Shown piece after piece: positions 1-10,085 of a stretch of DNA of 64,000 bases (the first letter of the stretch is position 1; the number at the start of each line of letters is the position of its first letter). The stretch is taken from assembly GCA_041650755.1 (NCBI GenBank), contig JBAZKN010000001.1, positions 136,080-200,079 of the forward strand, written 5' to 3'. The DNA is from Patescibacteria group bacterium. Lineage in GTDB: Bacteria; Patescibacteriota; Patescibacteriia; UBA1558; GWA2-36-10. A program made the position numbers and the translations under genes. The notes beneath the pieces are model-generated. The model saw only the letters and a list, made by a program, of their open reading frames with translations. It searched no databases and was not told where the DNA came from.

Positions 1-1
1 T

Positions 2-1051
2 TATCTGACAGACTTATTCCAGCCTATTATCAAAGCCATCGAAACAATCAGTGGCCATAAATATGAGGATAACTTAAAAGCTTTTCGAGTAATTGCCGAC
101 CATATTCGCAGCGCTGTTTTTATCATGGGTGACGACAAGGGTTTTGGGCCGTCAAACAAAGACCATGGCTATGTTTTACGTCGTTTGATCAGGCGCGCTA
201 TACGTTTTGGAAAAAACATTGATATTAATCACAACTTTACTCAAGATTTATCTAAGGTTATCATTGAACATTACCAAGATGACTACCCGGAGCTAAAAGC
301 CAACCAAGTATTTATTTTGGAAGAGGTAGATAAAGAGGAAACTAAGTTTAATCTCACCCTAAACAAAGGCTTAAGGCAGCTGGAAAAAGTGCTCAAAGCC
401 AATCAGCTATCAGAGAAGACGGCTTTTGAACTCTATACTACTTATGGTTTTCCTTTGGAAATGACCTTGGAGCTAGCCGCAGAAAAAGGCCTCAAATTAT
501 CCAAAGAAAAATATCAAATTGAATTCAAAAAACATCAAGATTTATCTCGAACTGCTTCAGCTGGCATGTTTAAGGGCGGGCTAGCCGACGATAAGGAAAC
601 CACCAAAAAACACCATACTGCTGCCCATCTTATGCTGCAAGCCCTTCGCCAGGTACTCAATGACAGTGTCCGACAAAAAGGCAGCAATATCAATGCCGAA
701 CGCATTCGCTTTGATTTTTCTTATCCGGAAAAAATGACGCCCGAGCAGATTAAAAAAGTAGAGAACATAGTCAACCAACAAATCCAAAAAAAACTGCCGG
801 TCACTTGGCAGGAAATGACTTTGGCTGAGGCCAAACAATACGGTGCCGTAGGATCTTTTGAACATAAATACGGTGATAAAGTAAAGGTGTATACAATTGG
901 CGACCCTTCGCTAGCTTCAGAGCCTGCTTTTAGTCGGGAGATATGCGGCGGACCTCACGTAGAAAATACCAGCGAGCTGGGGCATTTTAAAATATTAAAA
1001 GAGGAATCATCTTCTGCCGGAGTGCGTAGAATCAAAGCAATTTTGGAATAG
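2..1051 (+). CDS. alaS: alanyl-tRNA synthetase, 3' portion (5' end outside window); ends without a long C-Ala domain
   Basis: Open frame from window edge; motifs FRVIADHIRSAVF, editing-domain HxxxH (HHTAAHLM) and CGGPH. Confidence 0.85.
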   Translation, partial: YLTDLFQPIIKAIETISGHKYEDNLKAFRVIADHIRSAVFIMGDDKGFGPSNKDHGYVLRRLIRRAIRFGKNIDINHNFTQDLSKVIIEHYQDDYPELKANQVFILEEVDKEETKFNLTLNKGLRQLEKVLKANQLSEKTAFELYTTYGFPLEMTLELAAEKGLKLSKEKYQIEFKKHQDLSRTASAGMFKGGLADDKETTKKHHTAAHLMLQALRQVLNDSVRQKGSNINAERIRFDFSYPEKMTPEQIKKVENIVNQQIQKKLPVTWQEMTLAEAKQYGAVGSFEHKYGDKVKVYTIGDPSLASEPAFSREICGGPHVENTSELGHFKILKEESSSAGVRRIKAILE

Positions 1052-1062
1052 CTGTTTGTCAT

Positions 1063-1135
1063 TGCGAGTCCCGTGAAAAGGGACGCGGCAATCCACAATT
1101 TTTGGATTGTTTCGCTACGCTCGCAATGACATGAA
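1063..1135. other. Structured intergenic element: 11-bp perfect outer stem (GTCATTGCGAG/CTCGCAATGAC) enclosing two inner hairpins
   Basis: Inverted repeats read directly between alaS stop and hpf start; not tRNA-like. Confidence 0.5.
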
Positions 1136-1174
1136 TAAAAATAATAAAATATAATTAATTTAATTTCTAACAGG

Positions 1175-1537
1175 ATGAATATTCAAATTTACAAAAACAA
1201 TTTTGATTTAACCGACCCTTTTAAGCAATATTTGGAAGAAAAATTCAGCGCCCTAAGCAAATATCACGAAAATATCCTTTCTTTTAAAGTAGAGCTCAAT
1301 CGGGATCAAAAACATAACAAGGGAGACGTTTTTACTATTGAGGCTCATCTGCAGCTGCCGCATCACAAAAGCTTAATAGTCAGAGAAAAGCACATTGATG
1401 CCCGAGCAGCGGTTGATATTGCCCAAGAAAAATTGGCCAGACAATTATTAAAAATAAAAGATAAGCAAAACAGTCGAATTAAAAAAACATCTAGACTATT
1501 AAGATCAATGCGATTTTGGAATAAAAATCAGGAATAA
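1175..1537 (+). CDS. hpf: ribosome hibernation promoting factor / RaiA family
   Basis: MNIQIYKNNFDLTDP...KY N-terminus and size typical of HPF/YfiA; AGGA RBS upstream. Confidence 0.75.
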   Translation: MNIQIYKNNFDLTDPFKQYLEEKFSALSKYHENILSFKVELNRDQKHNKGDVFTIEAHLQLPHHKSLIVREKHIDARAAVDIAQEKLARQLLKIKDKQNSRIKKTSRLLRSMRFWNKNQE

Positions 1538-1541
1538 ATTT

Positions 1542-4313
1542 ATGGGAATTTTGCAGAAGATATTTGGCGATGCCAATCAAAAATACATCGACAGCCTCAA
1601 GCCTCTAGTCAAACAAATCAATGACCTGGAGCCGACTTTGGAAAAATTATCCGATCAGGAGCTCAAAGAAAAAAGCTTGGCTCTAAAAGCAGAGGTACAG
1701 GCCGGTAAAAATCTGGATGATGTCCTGGTGTCGGCTTTTGCTTTGGTTCGAGAAGCAGCCAAACGCACCCTCAAACTGCGCCATTTTGATGTCCAACTTC
1801 TTGGTGGCATAGTATTGCATCGCGGCCAGATTGCTGAAATGAAAACCGGTGAAGGCAAAACCTTGACTGCGCCACTGGCCCTTTATCTCAATGCTTTGTC
1901 AGGCAAAGGCGCTCACTTAGTAACAGTTAATGACTATTTGGCTAAGCGCGACGCTACTTGGATGGGCCAAATTTATCATTTTTTGGGCTTAACAACGGCC
2001 GCCATCCAGCACGAGGCTTCTTTTATCTATGATCCGACTCATACTGGCGAACAAAAAGATGAATTGCGTGATCGGGGCGTCAAAGTAGTCATGGATTATC
2101 TACGGCCAGTCACTCGCCAAGAAGCCTATAGCGCTGATATTACCTATGGCACCAACAATGAGTTTGGTTTTGACTATTTGCGCGACAATATGGCTCAAGA
2201 TGCTACTTATCAAGTGCAGCGCGGTTTGCACTATGCCATTGTCGATGAAGTGGATAGCATTTTGATTGATGAAGCTCGGACGCCTTTGATTATTTCTGCG
2301 CCAGCCGAAGAATCAACCAGTCGCTATCAACAATTTGCTCTACTAATAAGCAATCTGCAAGAAAATACCGATTATAATATTGATGAAAAAATGAAGGCCG
2401 CCACCCTGACTGAAGAGGGCATCAAAAAGATGGAAAAGCTCCTGGGTGTCGATAATATTTATGAAAGCCACGGCTTGGACATAGTCCATCATCTTGAGCA
2501 GGCCTTGCGAGCCAAGACTTTGTTCATTCGCGATCGCGACTATATCGTACGCGATAACGAAGTAATCATCATCGATGAATTTACCGGCCGGATGATGCCC
2601 GGGCGCAGATACAGTGAAGGCTTGCATCAGGCTATTGAGGCCAAAGAAAATGTGGAAGTGCAAAGAGAAAGTATGACTTTAGCTACCATTACTTTCCAGA
2701 ATTATTTTAGGATGTATGAAAAACTTGCTGGTATGACTGGTACAGCGGCTACTGAAGCCGAGGAAATGGCCAAAATTTATAATTTAGATGTCACTGTCGT
2801 CCCAACCAACAAGCCATTTATCAGGGCCGATCTAAAAGACAGAGTCTATAAAAATGAACGCGGCAAATACAAAGCCATTGTCCAAGAAATAGAAACTTTG
2901 CACAAAAAAGGTCAGCCGGTTTTGGTTGGCACTATTTCCATAGAAAAAAATGAGCTCCTGGGCTCATACTTAGAAAAGGCCGGTATACCTTTCCAACTCT
3001 TGAATGCAAAATTCCACGAAAAAGAAGCTGAAATCATCGCTCAAGCCGGCCGCAAAGGAGCAGTCACCATTGCCACCAATATGGCTGGACGTGGCGTTGA
3101 CATCATCTTAGGCGGTGCACCGTTTAATCAAGCTTCCTACGAGGAAATAAAGGCTTTAGGCGGCCTGCATATCCTGGGCACCGAGCGACATGAGTCACGT
3201 CGCATTGATAATCAGCTAAGAGGTCGAGCTGGCCGTCAAGGCGATCCGGGCTCTTCTCAATTTTATATTTCCATGGAAGATGACCTGATGCGCATATTTG
3301 GTTCGGAACGCATGAAAGGCATGATGGAGCGCCTGGGCGTACCAGATGACATGCCAATAGAAAATCAGCTGATTTCCAATTCCATTGAATCTGCCCAAAA
3401 GAAAGTGGAGGGCCATAACTTTGATATCCGCAAACACTTAGTAGAGTATGATGATGTTATTAATAAACACCGTCAGGTAATCTACAAACTGCGGCAAAAT
3501 ATCCTGGATATTTTTAGGGAAAAATCCGATAAGCCTGCCGAACAATCAAGCCAGGACATTATTCTTGATTATGTAAACCAGGAAATTCAAAATGTGATTT
3601 CTTTTCACACTTTGAGTCAAAAAAATGTCGGTGATTTTAATCCCAAAGAAATCATTGAAACTATAAAATCTATTTTCCCTTTGAGCACGGATGAGGAAAA
3701 CAAAGTCCTAGAGCTTTTGGATAATAACAAAAAAAATAATTCACATGCTGAGCGCAGCGAAGTGATTGATTATCTGGACAGTCTGGCTAAAAATAAATAT
3801 GAAATTTTAGAAAAAGAAATAAATAGCCAGGTGACTTTGGAAAACTCAGCTTGGACGCCGATGCAGATGATCGAACGCGGGATTATGCTGCGCAGCATCG
3901 ACACGCTCTGGGTGGAGCATCTGACCTCTATGGACAAACTGCGCACCGGCATCGGTCTGCAAGGCTATGGCCAGCGCGATCCGCTGGTAGAGTACAAGCG
4001 CGAGGCTTTTGGCTTATTTAATACTTTGATGGCTGCCATTCGCCAGCAAATAGTCTATTCTGTGTACAAGATTGGCATTGCCCGCAAAATGGCCGCTCCT
4101 GGACAACAAAGACAGCGCCAGTTTACTGAGCAAAAAGCCGGCTTCCAGCCATTCCAAAAAGAAGTAAAGGACAGAGAGCAGGCTAATCAAATATTGCCAT
4201 CGAAGCCCAGAGATGCTTCTGGGCACAAGATAGGCCGCAATGATCCTTGTCCTTGTGGAGCTAAGACAAAAGACGGTATGCCAATAAAATATAAGAATTG
4301 CCATGGAAAATAA
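1542..4313 (+). CDS. secA: preprotein translocase ATPase SecA
   Basis: 923 aa, DEAD-like motor motifs, C-terminal zinc-binding CPCGAK...C. Confidence 0.95.
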   Translation: MGILQKIFGDANQKYIDSLKPLVKQINDLEPTLEKLSDQELKEKSLALKAEVQAGKNLDDVLVSAFALVREAAKRTLKLRHFDVQLLGGIVLHRGQIAEMKTGEGKTLTAPLALYLNALSGKGAHLVTVNDYLAKRDATWMGQIYHFLGLTTAAIQHEASFIYDPTHTGEQKDELRDRGVKVVMDYLRPVTRQEAYSADITYGTNNEFGFDYLRDNMAQDATYQVQRGLHYAIVDEVDSILIDEARTPLIISAPAEESTSRYQQFALLISNLQENTDYNIDEKMKAATLTEEGIKKMEKLLGVDNIYESHGLDIVHHLEQALRAKTLFIRDRDYIVRDNEVIIIDEFTGRMMPGRRYSEGLHQAIEAKENVEVQRESMTLATITFQNYFRMYEKLAGMTGTAATEAEEMAKIYNLDVTVVPTNKPFIRADLKDRVYKNERGKYKAIVQEIETLHKKGQPVLVGTISIEKNELLGSYLEKAGIPFQLLNAKFHEKEAEIIAQAGRKGAVTIATNMAGRGVDIILGGAPFNQASYEEIKALGGLHILGTERHESRRIDNQLRGRAGRQGDPGSSQFYISMEDDLMRIFGSERMKGMMERLGVPDDMPIENQLISNSIESAQKKVEGHNFDIRKHLVEYDDVINKHRQVIYKLRQNILDIFREKSDKPAEQSSQDIILDYVNQEIQNVISFHTLSQKNVGDFNPKEIIETIKSIFPLSTDEENKVLELLDNNKKNNSHAERSEVIDYLDSLAKNKYEILEKEINSQVTLENSAWTPMQMIERGIMLRSIDTLWVEHLTSMDKLRTGIGLQGYGQRDPLVEYKREAFGLFNTLMAAIRQQIVYSVYKIGIARKMAAPGQQRQRQFTEQKAGFQPFQKEVKDREQANQILPSKPRDASGHKIGRNDPCPCGAKTKDGMPIKYKNCHGK

Positions 4314-4318
4314 AAATA

Positions 4319-5056
4319 ATGGAAATAATTGAAACGAAATCATTTAAACTTGCCAGTTTTTCAAAGGGTGATAAAAATTCATCTAAGTTAGCTATTCTAT
4401 TGCCAGGCAGACTCGATACCAAAGATTATATTAATTTCATAAGCCATGCCAATCTACTCTCTAATCATGGTTATTATGTACTAGCCATAGATCCCCCCGG
4501 CACTTGGCAAAGCCCCGGTTCAATTGAATTATTCACTACTACAAATTACATAAGAGCCATAAACGAATTGATAGACTATTTTGGCAATAGGCCAACTTTA
4601 TTATTGGGCCACAGCCGTGGCGCTGCAACCGCTATCCTTGTGAGTGACAATCCATCGGTATTGGGCGTAATTGCAATCATGGCAAATTTTGGCAGTCCGA
4701 CTAATCCCAAACGGGATTCTTTAAAAAAAGGTTTTGAACAGACCTATAGGGATATGCCTCCTGGTAATATCAAAAGCAAAGATCAGATGGAATTCGCCTT
4801 GCCAATTGCTTATTGGGAAGACGGAAAACATTATGATGTAAAGAACTCGTTGATTCATTGTGCAAAACCAAAATTAATAATCTATGGTACAAATGATAAG
4901 TTTACACCTACTCAAGAAGTAGAGGAATTGTACAAAATAATCCCCCAACCAAAAATGTTAAAGAAAATTTATTCCGTTCATGATTACAGATACTCTGTAA
5001 AAGCAATAAAAGAAATTGAAGGTGACATAAATCAATTTTTGAAAAAGTATTTATAA
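4319..5056 (+). CDS. alpha/beta-fold hydrolase
   Basis: GHSRG nucleophile elbow (GxSxG); start placed at MEIIET after secA stop. Confidence 0.6.
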   Translation: MEIIETKSFKLASFSKGDKNSSKLAILLPGRLDTKDYINFISHANLLSNHGYYVLAIDPPGTWQSPGSIELFTTTNYIRAINELIDYFGNRPTLLLGHSRGAATAILVSDNPSVLGVIAIMANFGSPTNPKRDSLKKGFEQTYRDMPPGNIKSKDQMEFALPIAYWEDGKHYDVKNSLIHCAKPKLIIYGTNDKFTPTQEVEELYKIIPQPKMLKKIYSVHDYRYSVKAIKEIEGDINQFLKKYL

Positions 5057-5062
5057 AATTTT

Positions 5063-5515
5063 TTGTATATGGAACAAGAAATCAAGAAAAAAGTTGGTGT
5101 TGGATTCGGAATAATGATTATGAAGGATGGAAAAATGCTTCTCGGAAAAAGGCATGTTGATCCTGAAAAGGCTGATTCCGAATTACGTGGGGAGGGAACC
5201 TGGACCATGCCCGGTGGCAAATTGGAATATGGTGAGTCGTTTGAAGAAGGCGCTAGACGCGAGCTTAAGGAAGAAACCGACCTGGACTTAATAGATGCAA
5301 AAATCATTTGTGTAAATAATGACAAAAATGACTTTGCGCATTTTGTCACCATTGGATTATTTTCTGATAATTTCAGCGGAGAACCAAAGGTAATGGAGCC
5401 AGATGAAATTGTTGAATGGAAATGGTTTAAGCTTGATGATCTGCCGACACCAATGTATTTTCCCAGCGCAAAAATAATAAAAAACTATCAAAAAAAATCG
5501 TTCTATATCAAATAG
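5063..5515 (+). CDS. NUDIX hydrolase
   Basis: Nudix box GGKLEYGESFEEGARRELKEETDL. Confidence 0.8.
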   Translation: MYMEQEIKKKVGVGFGIMIMKDGKMLLGKRHVDPEKADSELRGEGTWTMPGGKLEYGESFEEGARRELKEETDLDLIDAKIICVNNDKNDFAHFVTIGLFSDNFSGEPKVMEPDEIVEWKWFKLDDLPTPMYFPSAKIIKNYQKKSFYIK

Positions 5516-5537
5516 AATCTCTGTTAGACATATCATT

Positions 5538-6362
5538 ATGACCAATAAATTTGAGGATATAAAAAATAAACCAGAATTTCCGCCTGATTTATTTGACAAT
5601 CATGATGTTGTCGCACTAGCTGAAAATGCGCATGGAGAGCACGATGAAACAATATTAAAATTTCTAGATCAATTTATAGACCAAATCAATGAAATTTTTA
5701 TTGAATTGCCAATAGATTATCAGCAATCCATCGATGCTTACCTTAAAGATGGGCAGATTGATCAGGCCTTAGAAGAATTATTCGCTGGTGCAGAAAAAGA
5801 GGGAAAAAATATTAGAGGATTATTATTGATTATAGATAAAATAAAACAAGCGAAAAAATCAGTCATTTGTTTTGACTCTGCCAAAAACCCTCAAGGAGCA
5901 TACAAAAATCCCTCCAGCTATGGTCGATATTTTTTAGCCGGTGAATCTAGAGATGAGGATATGTTTGGTTTAATTATTGATAGAATAAAAATTAAACCTG
6001 GCAAATATTTGCTAATTGGTGGAGCAAACCATTATCAACCTGGGAAACATCAAAGAAGCGGTGAGGATACCTTGGGACAAAGATTGGCTGATAAATTAGG
6101 GGATAAATATAGGGGCATTTTCATGGAAAATAAAGAACCACAATTTACAGCACCGGAACAAGAAACAAAAATCATTAACGGCAAGTTGTGCCGCAAAGTT
6201 TTTAGCGGCTATACTGTCAGGCAGTATTTTTCCCATGAAACTCCGGAAGCAGGTCCTGGCCCGGGCTGGGATACTCGTTGGGACATATTAAAAGAGCATG
6301 GTGTCGATGAACCATCAGAATTGCCGGATGATCCTTATTATACTTGGGAACCAATAGAATAA
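5538..6362 (+). CDS. hypothetical protein (274 aa), no recognisable motif
   Basis: ORF only. Confidence 0.4.
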   Translation: MTNKFEDIKNKPEFPPDLFDNHDVVALAENAHGEHDETILKFLDQFIDQINEIFIELPIDYQQSIDAYLKDGQIDQALEELFAGAEKEGKNIRGLLLIIDKIKQAKKSVICFDSAKNPQGAYKNPSSYGRYFLAGESRDEDMFGLIIDRIKIKPGKYLLIGGANHYQPGKHQRSGEDTLGQRLADKLGDKYRGIFMENKEPQFTAPEQETKIINGKLCRKVFSGYTVRQYFSHETPEAGPGPGWDTRWDILKEHGVDEPSELPDDPYYTWEPIE

Positions 6363-6363
6363 A

Positions 6364-7038
6364 ATGAAAAAAATATTGTCCATCAAAAAGCCAATTTATG
6401 CGTTCATTGACGCTTCTAATTTGTTTTATGACGGCGAAAAAAGTTTGGGTTGGAAAATAGACTATAAAAAACTAGCCGATTATCTAAAAGATAAGTACAA
6501 AGTTAGAAGGATATATTATTATGGTGGCATTGAAATTCATAATTATCGATATTCTTCTCTGGATTATAAACCAATAGATTTGTCCCGGCTGATAACCCAC
6601 TTGGAAGATATGCTTCGTAATGATAGATTGAGCGAAACGGAAATACTCATACTGGGTATACATATAAAAAGAGCTAAATTTTATAAAAGATTAGGGGAAT
6701 TTGGCTATAATCTTCAATTAAAGCCAGTCAAAATTTATCACGACGAAAACGGCAACACTGTAAAAAAGGCCAATTGTGATGTTGATATGACGTTTGATTT
6801 AATGAAATATCTGAGCAAATATAGTGGCGTAGTTGTTTTATCCGGTGACGGTGATTTTGTCCCTGTGTTAAGTTATTTAAAACACAAAGGTAGGTCCGTG
6901 ACTATTCTAGCAAGACCAGAACGTACAGCAAAGGAAATTAAAAAATTAGCTGGCAGTAATTTTAGAGATTTCCATTATTTACGGGAAATATTAAAATATG
7001 ATAATAAATCTACAAATAAAAGAAAAGGACCCGTTTAG
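6364..7038 (+). CDS. NYN/LabA-like (PIN-like) domain protein
   Basis: IDASNL near N-terminus and SGDGDF acidic motif typical of NYN/DUF88. Confidence 0.6.
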   Translation: MKKILSIKKPIYAFIDASNLFYDGEKSLGWKIDYKKLADYLKDKYKVRRIYYYGGIEIHNYRYSSLDYKPIDLSRLITHLEDMLRNDRLSETEILILGIHIKRAKFYKRLGEFGYNLQLKPVKIYHDENGNTVKKANCDVDMTFDLMKYLSKYSGVVVLSGDGDFVPVLSYLKHKGRSVTILARPERTAKEIKKLAGSNFRDFHYLREILKYDNKSTNKRKGPV

Positions 7039-7114
7039 GATCCCTCTCATGTTTAGTGTTACTATATTAGCATAATTATAAAAAATAGTCAATGGTTATC
7101 CACAACCACTATAT

Positions 7115-8062
7115 ATGCCGACTAAAATTCTAAAATTCCGAGATTATTTAGTGCCCTTAATATTATCCGGTGAAAAGGATGTCACCTGGCGATTATTTGA
7201 TGATAAAAATTTACAGGCTGGTGATGAAATTGATTTAATCAACTGGAATAATGGGGAAAAATTTGCCACCGGCATCATATTGAAAATCAGAGAAAAAAAA
7301 TTAAACGAAATAGAGGATAATGATTTTCAAGGACACGAAAAATTTACTGATAAAGAAGCCATGCTCAAGACTTATCAGACCTACTATGGTGATAAAGTAA
7401 ACTGGGACACGGTCGTTAAAATAATAAAATTTAAAATCATAGATAATAATATCCGTTTGCAAGATACCTATAACAAAATTGCTGTGCGTTGGCACGCTGA
7501 TCACAGCAATGATGATTGGTGGGTAAAAGGTGTAAATAAATTTATTAATTACTGTAAAAAGGGGGCGTTAATTCTAGATGCTGGTTGTGGCGCCGGAACT
7601 AAATCTAAATATTTAACACAGCATGGCTTAAAGGTAATTGGCATTGATTTTGCCGAGAAAATGATTGCAATAGCGAAACGCGAAGTTCCCAATGCTAATT
7701 TTTTTACATTAGACATAAATAATGTTGATAAACTAGACTATTTATTTGATGGTATTTTTTTACAAGCTGTAATTATTCACTTCCCCAAAAACGAAATTAC
7801 TAATTCATTGAAAAAATTAGCCAGTAAATTAAAGAGATCTGGATTTATATACATAACTGTCAAGGAAAAAAAAATTAATGGGGTTGACCAGGAAATATTA
7901 AAAGAAAACGATTATGGCTATACCCATGAACGCTTTTTCTCTTATTTTACTACTGATGAAATTCGCACCTTTCTATTAAATAGCGGTTTTGAGGTGGTCT
8001 ATGAAAAAGTCATACCAAGCGGCAAAACCAGATGGATACAAATAATGGGAAAAAAGATTTAA
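7115..8062 (+). CDS. ASCH (PUA-like) domain fused to class I SAM-dependent methyltransferase
   Basis: N-terminal ASCH-like region; LDAGCGAG motif I and acidic motif II downstream. Confidence 0.6.
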   Translation: MPTKILKFRDYLVPLILSGEKDVTWRLFDDKNLQAGDEIDLINWNNGEKFATGIILKIREKKLNEIEDNDFQGHEKFTDKEAMLKTYQTYYGDKVNWDTVVKIIKFKIIDNNIRLQDTYNKIAVRWHADHSNDDWWVKGVNKFINYCKKGALILDAGCGAGTKSKYLTQHGLKVIGIDFAEKMIAIAKREVPNANFFTLDINNVDKLDYLFDGIFLQAVIIHFPKNEITNSLKKLASKLKRSGFIYITVKEKKINGVDQEILKENDYGYTHERFFSYFTTDEIRTFLLNSGFEVVYEKVIPSGKTRWIQIMGKKI

Positions 8063-8064
8063 AA

Positions 8065-8529
8065 ATGCCTAATAAAAAACCAAAAATCGTAGCGGTTTCC
8101 GGAGGCTTTGACCCGGTCCATATCGGCCATGTTAGATTGTTTACGGCCGCTAAAAAGTTGGCTGATAAATTAGTAGTTATTTTAAATAATGACAATTGGC
8201 TAAAAAAGAAAAAGGGTTATGTCTTTATGCATGAAAAAGAACGTAAAGAAATAATAGAGGCTTTTACGGTCGTAGATAAAGTCGTTATCACTAAACACCC
8301 CAAAAATCCCAAAGACATGAGTGTCTGCACGGCCTTACGCCAAGTCAAGCCAGATATCTTTGCCAACGGCGGCGATAGAAAATTAAATAACATACCAGAG
8401 GTGGCGACCTGCCGCAAAATAAATTGTAAAATGGTTTTTAATGTTGGCAAAGGTGGTAAAGTCCAGTCCAGCTCTTGGCTAGTCGATCAACAACTGCAGC
8501 GCAAAAATCACCGTCATGCCAAAAAATAA
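8065..8529 (+). CDS. HIGH-motif cytidylyl/adenylyltransferase (TagD/RfaE-II-like nucleotidyltransferase)
   Basis: VAVSGGFDPVHIGH motif; start at MPNKKPK just after upstream stop. Confidence 0.65.
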   Translation: MPNKKPKIVAVSGGFDPVHIGHVRLFTAAKKLADKLVVILNNDNWLKKKKGYVFMHEKERKEIIEAFTVVDKVVITKHPKNPKDMSVCTALRQVKPDIFANGGDRKLNNIPEVATCRKINCKMVFNVGKGGKVQSSSWLVDQQLQRKNHRHAKK

Positions 8530-9130
8530 CGAGCCACTGGTTGATATCAGGAAATATTGCCCGGGAATAAAAATCTCTTTGGATAAATACCGGCGAAAGA
8601 AAGAAAAAACAGCTTATGTGCGCTTGACAATAGCCAAAAAGGTAAATCAAGCACAGAAGTTATTGCCCAAAGGCTACCACTTTATGATCAGAGATGCTTG
8701 GCGATCGGTGGCTGTCCAAAAAAAGATTCACCAAAATTTCATTGCTCTTTTTAAAGGAAAGTATCCGCGTTGGCCACAAACTAAAATAGTCAGAGAAGTC
8801 AATAAATTTGTGGCTCCTTGGCAGGGCAAAATGGCTTCCGGACATTTGACCGGCGGGGCAGTAGATATCCGCATCGTTGATGCTCGTGGCCGGTGTCTGC
8901 CCATGAATTATCGGCAAATATCCTATCATGATAATGCTTCACCAAAAAGCCAAAATCTGCCAACCTATATTAGAAAAAATCGCGAATTACTGTTCAGGGT
9001 CTTAAGTAGAGTTGATTTTCATAATAATCCGCGGGAATATTGGCACTGGTCTTGGGGAGACTACTACTGGGCCAAAAATAAAAAGAAAAAAATAATTTAC
9101 AAAATAATATGGCCAGAGAAATCGAGGTAA
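8516..9130 (+). CDS. D-Ala-D-Ala dipeptidase-like M15 peptidase (VanX/DdpX family)
   Basis: SGHLTGGAVD (SxHxxGxAxD) and EYWHW motifs. Confidence 0.6.
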   Translation: MPKNNEPLVDIRKYCPGIKISLDKYRRKKEKTAYVRLTIAKKVNQAQKLLPKGYHFMIRDAWRSVAVQKKIHQNFIALFKGKYPRWPQTKIVREVNKFVAPWQGKMASGHLTGGAVDIRIVDARGRCLPMNYRQISYHDNASPKSQNLPTYIRKNRELLFRVLSRVDFHNNPREYWHWSWGDYYWAKNKKKKIIYKIIWPEKSR

Positions 9131-9672
9131 AAGCTAGAGTAAAAGACTTTGATCAAGTAATTGCTAAATTGCGTGATCTTGGCTGTGAAATAACAGAGCC
9201 GATTATTCAAGACGATAAGATATTTGTTCATAAAGATTATGGTGATTATGTGAAACTGCATATTGGCTCAAATGTTTTAAGAATACGCACCGTTAACAAT
9301 GAAAAATCTTTTTTTACATTAAAACAATCTGTAAAAAATGAGCTTGACTGCATAGAAAAACAGACCGAAGTAGCTAAGCCCCAAGAAATGCACGATGCCT
9401 TAATAATGATGGGCTATGAAAACGTTGTTTCAGTTTATAAGAAAAGACAGAAAATAAAATATCAAGACTACACCATATGCCTTGACCAGGTCAGGGATTT
9501 GGGAAATTTTATTGAAGTGGAAAGATTATTTGAAGATGATAAAGAGGCGAGTGGAATACAAGAAGAAATATTTGAGTTTTTAGAAACTCTAGGCGTTGAA
9601 GAGCAAGACAGAGTAACACACGGCTATGATACTTTAATGTATTTAAAATTAAACAATAAAATTAACAATTAA
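9109..9672 (+). CDS. CYTH domain protein (class IV adenylate cyclase / triphosphate tunnel metalloenzyme)
   Basis: N-terminal EIEVKARV (ExExK) signature. Confidence 0.65.
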   Translation: MAREIEVKARVKDFDQVIAKLRDLGCEITEPIIQDDKIFVHKDYGDYVKLHIGSNVLRIRTVNNEKSFFTLKQSVKNELDCIEKQTEVAKPQEMHDALIMMGYENVVSVYKKRQKIKYQDYTICLDQVRDLGNFIEVERLFEDDKEASGIQEEIFEFLETLGVEEQDRVTHGYDTLMYLKLNNKINN

Positions 9673-9685
9673 TCAATTAACCATT

Positions 9686-10081
9686 ATGTCGTATCAAAAA
9701 AACATTTTAGAAGCAACCAAAAATAACACAAACTTTCGCACAGTATTATTTACCGGCAAAAAAAGCCAACTAGTCGTGATGGACATTAAACCGGGCGAGG
9801 AGATTGGTTTGGAAACCCATGACAATGTAGAACAAACTCTTTTTTTCTTGACTGGTACAGGGAAAGCCGTTCTAAACGGCCAAGAATCAGTGGTCAATGC
9901 CGGCGATGCAGTGATAGTCACGCCTGGCACAGCCCACAATTTTATCAACACCGGCACGGAAACTTTGAAAGTTTATACTATTTACGCTCCAGCTAATCAT
10001 ATTGATGGTCGCATACACAAGACTCCGGCCGATGCTCAGGCTGATGAAGAGGATGAAGACTTTGGACACGGTGTGAAGTAA
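9686..10081 (+). CDS. cupin domain protein
   Basis: G(x)5HxH..E and GxxxH cupin motifs (GLETHDN, PGTAHNF). Confidence 0.6.
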   Translation: MSYQKNILEATKNNTNFRTVLFTGKKSQLVVMDIKPGEEIGLETHDNVEQTLFFLTGTGKAVLNGQESVVNAGDAVIVTPGTAHNFINTGTETLKVYTIYAPANHIDGRIHKTPADAQADEEDEDFGHGVK

Positions 10082-10085
10082 AAAA

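Noticed and set aside
581-865. 94-aa minus-strand ORF inside alaS
   Set aside because: It is embedded antisense in a well-supported essential gene and is a likely spurious shadow ORF. The same applies to antisense ORFs within secA (1655-1858, 2343-2663, 3124-3437, 3770-3952, 4014-4343), tagA-like (21404-21712) and other long genes.
1063-1135. tRNA gene between alaS and hpf
   Set aside because: An 11-bp outer stem is too long for an acceptor stem, there are no D/T-loop consensus elements, and the spacing does not fit a cloverleaf.
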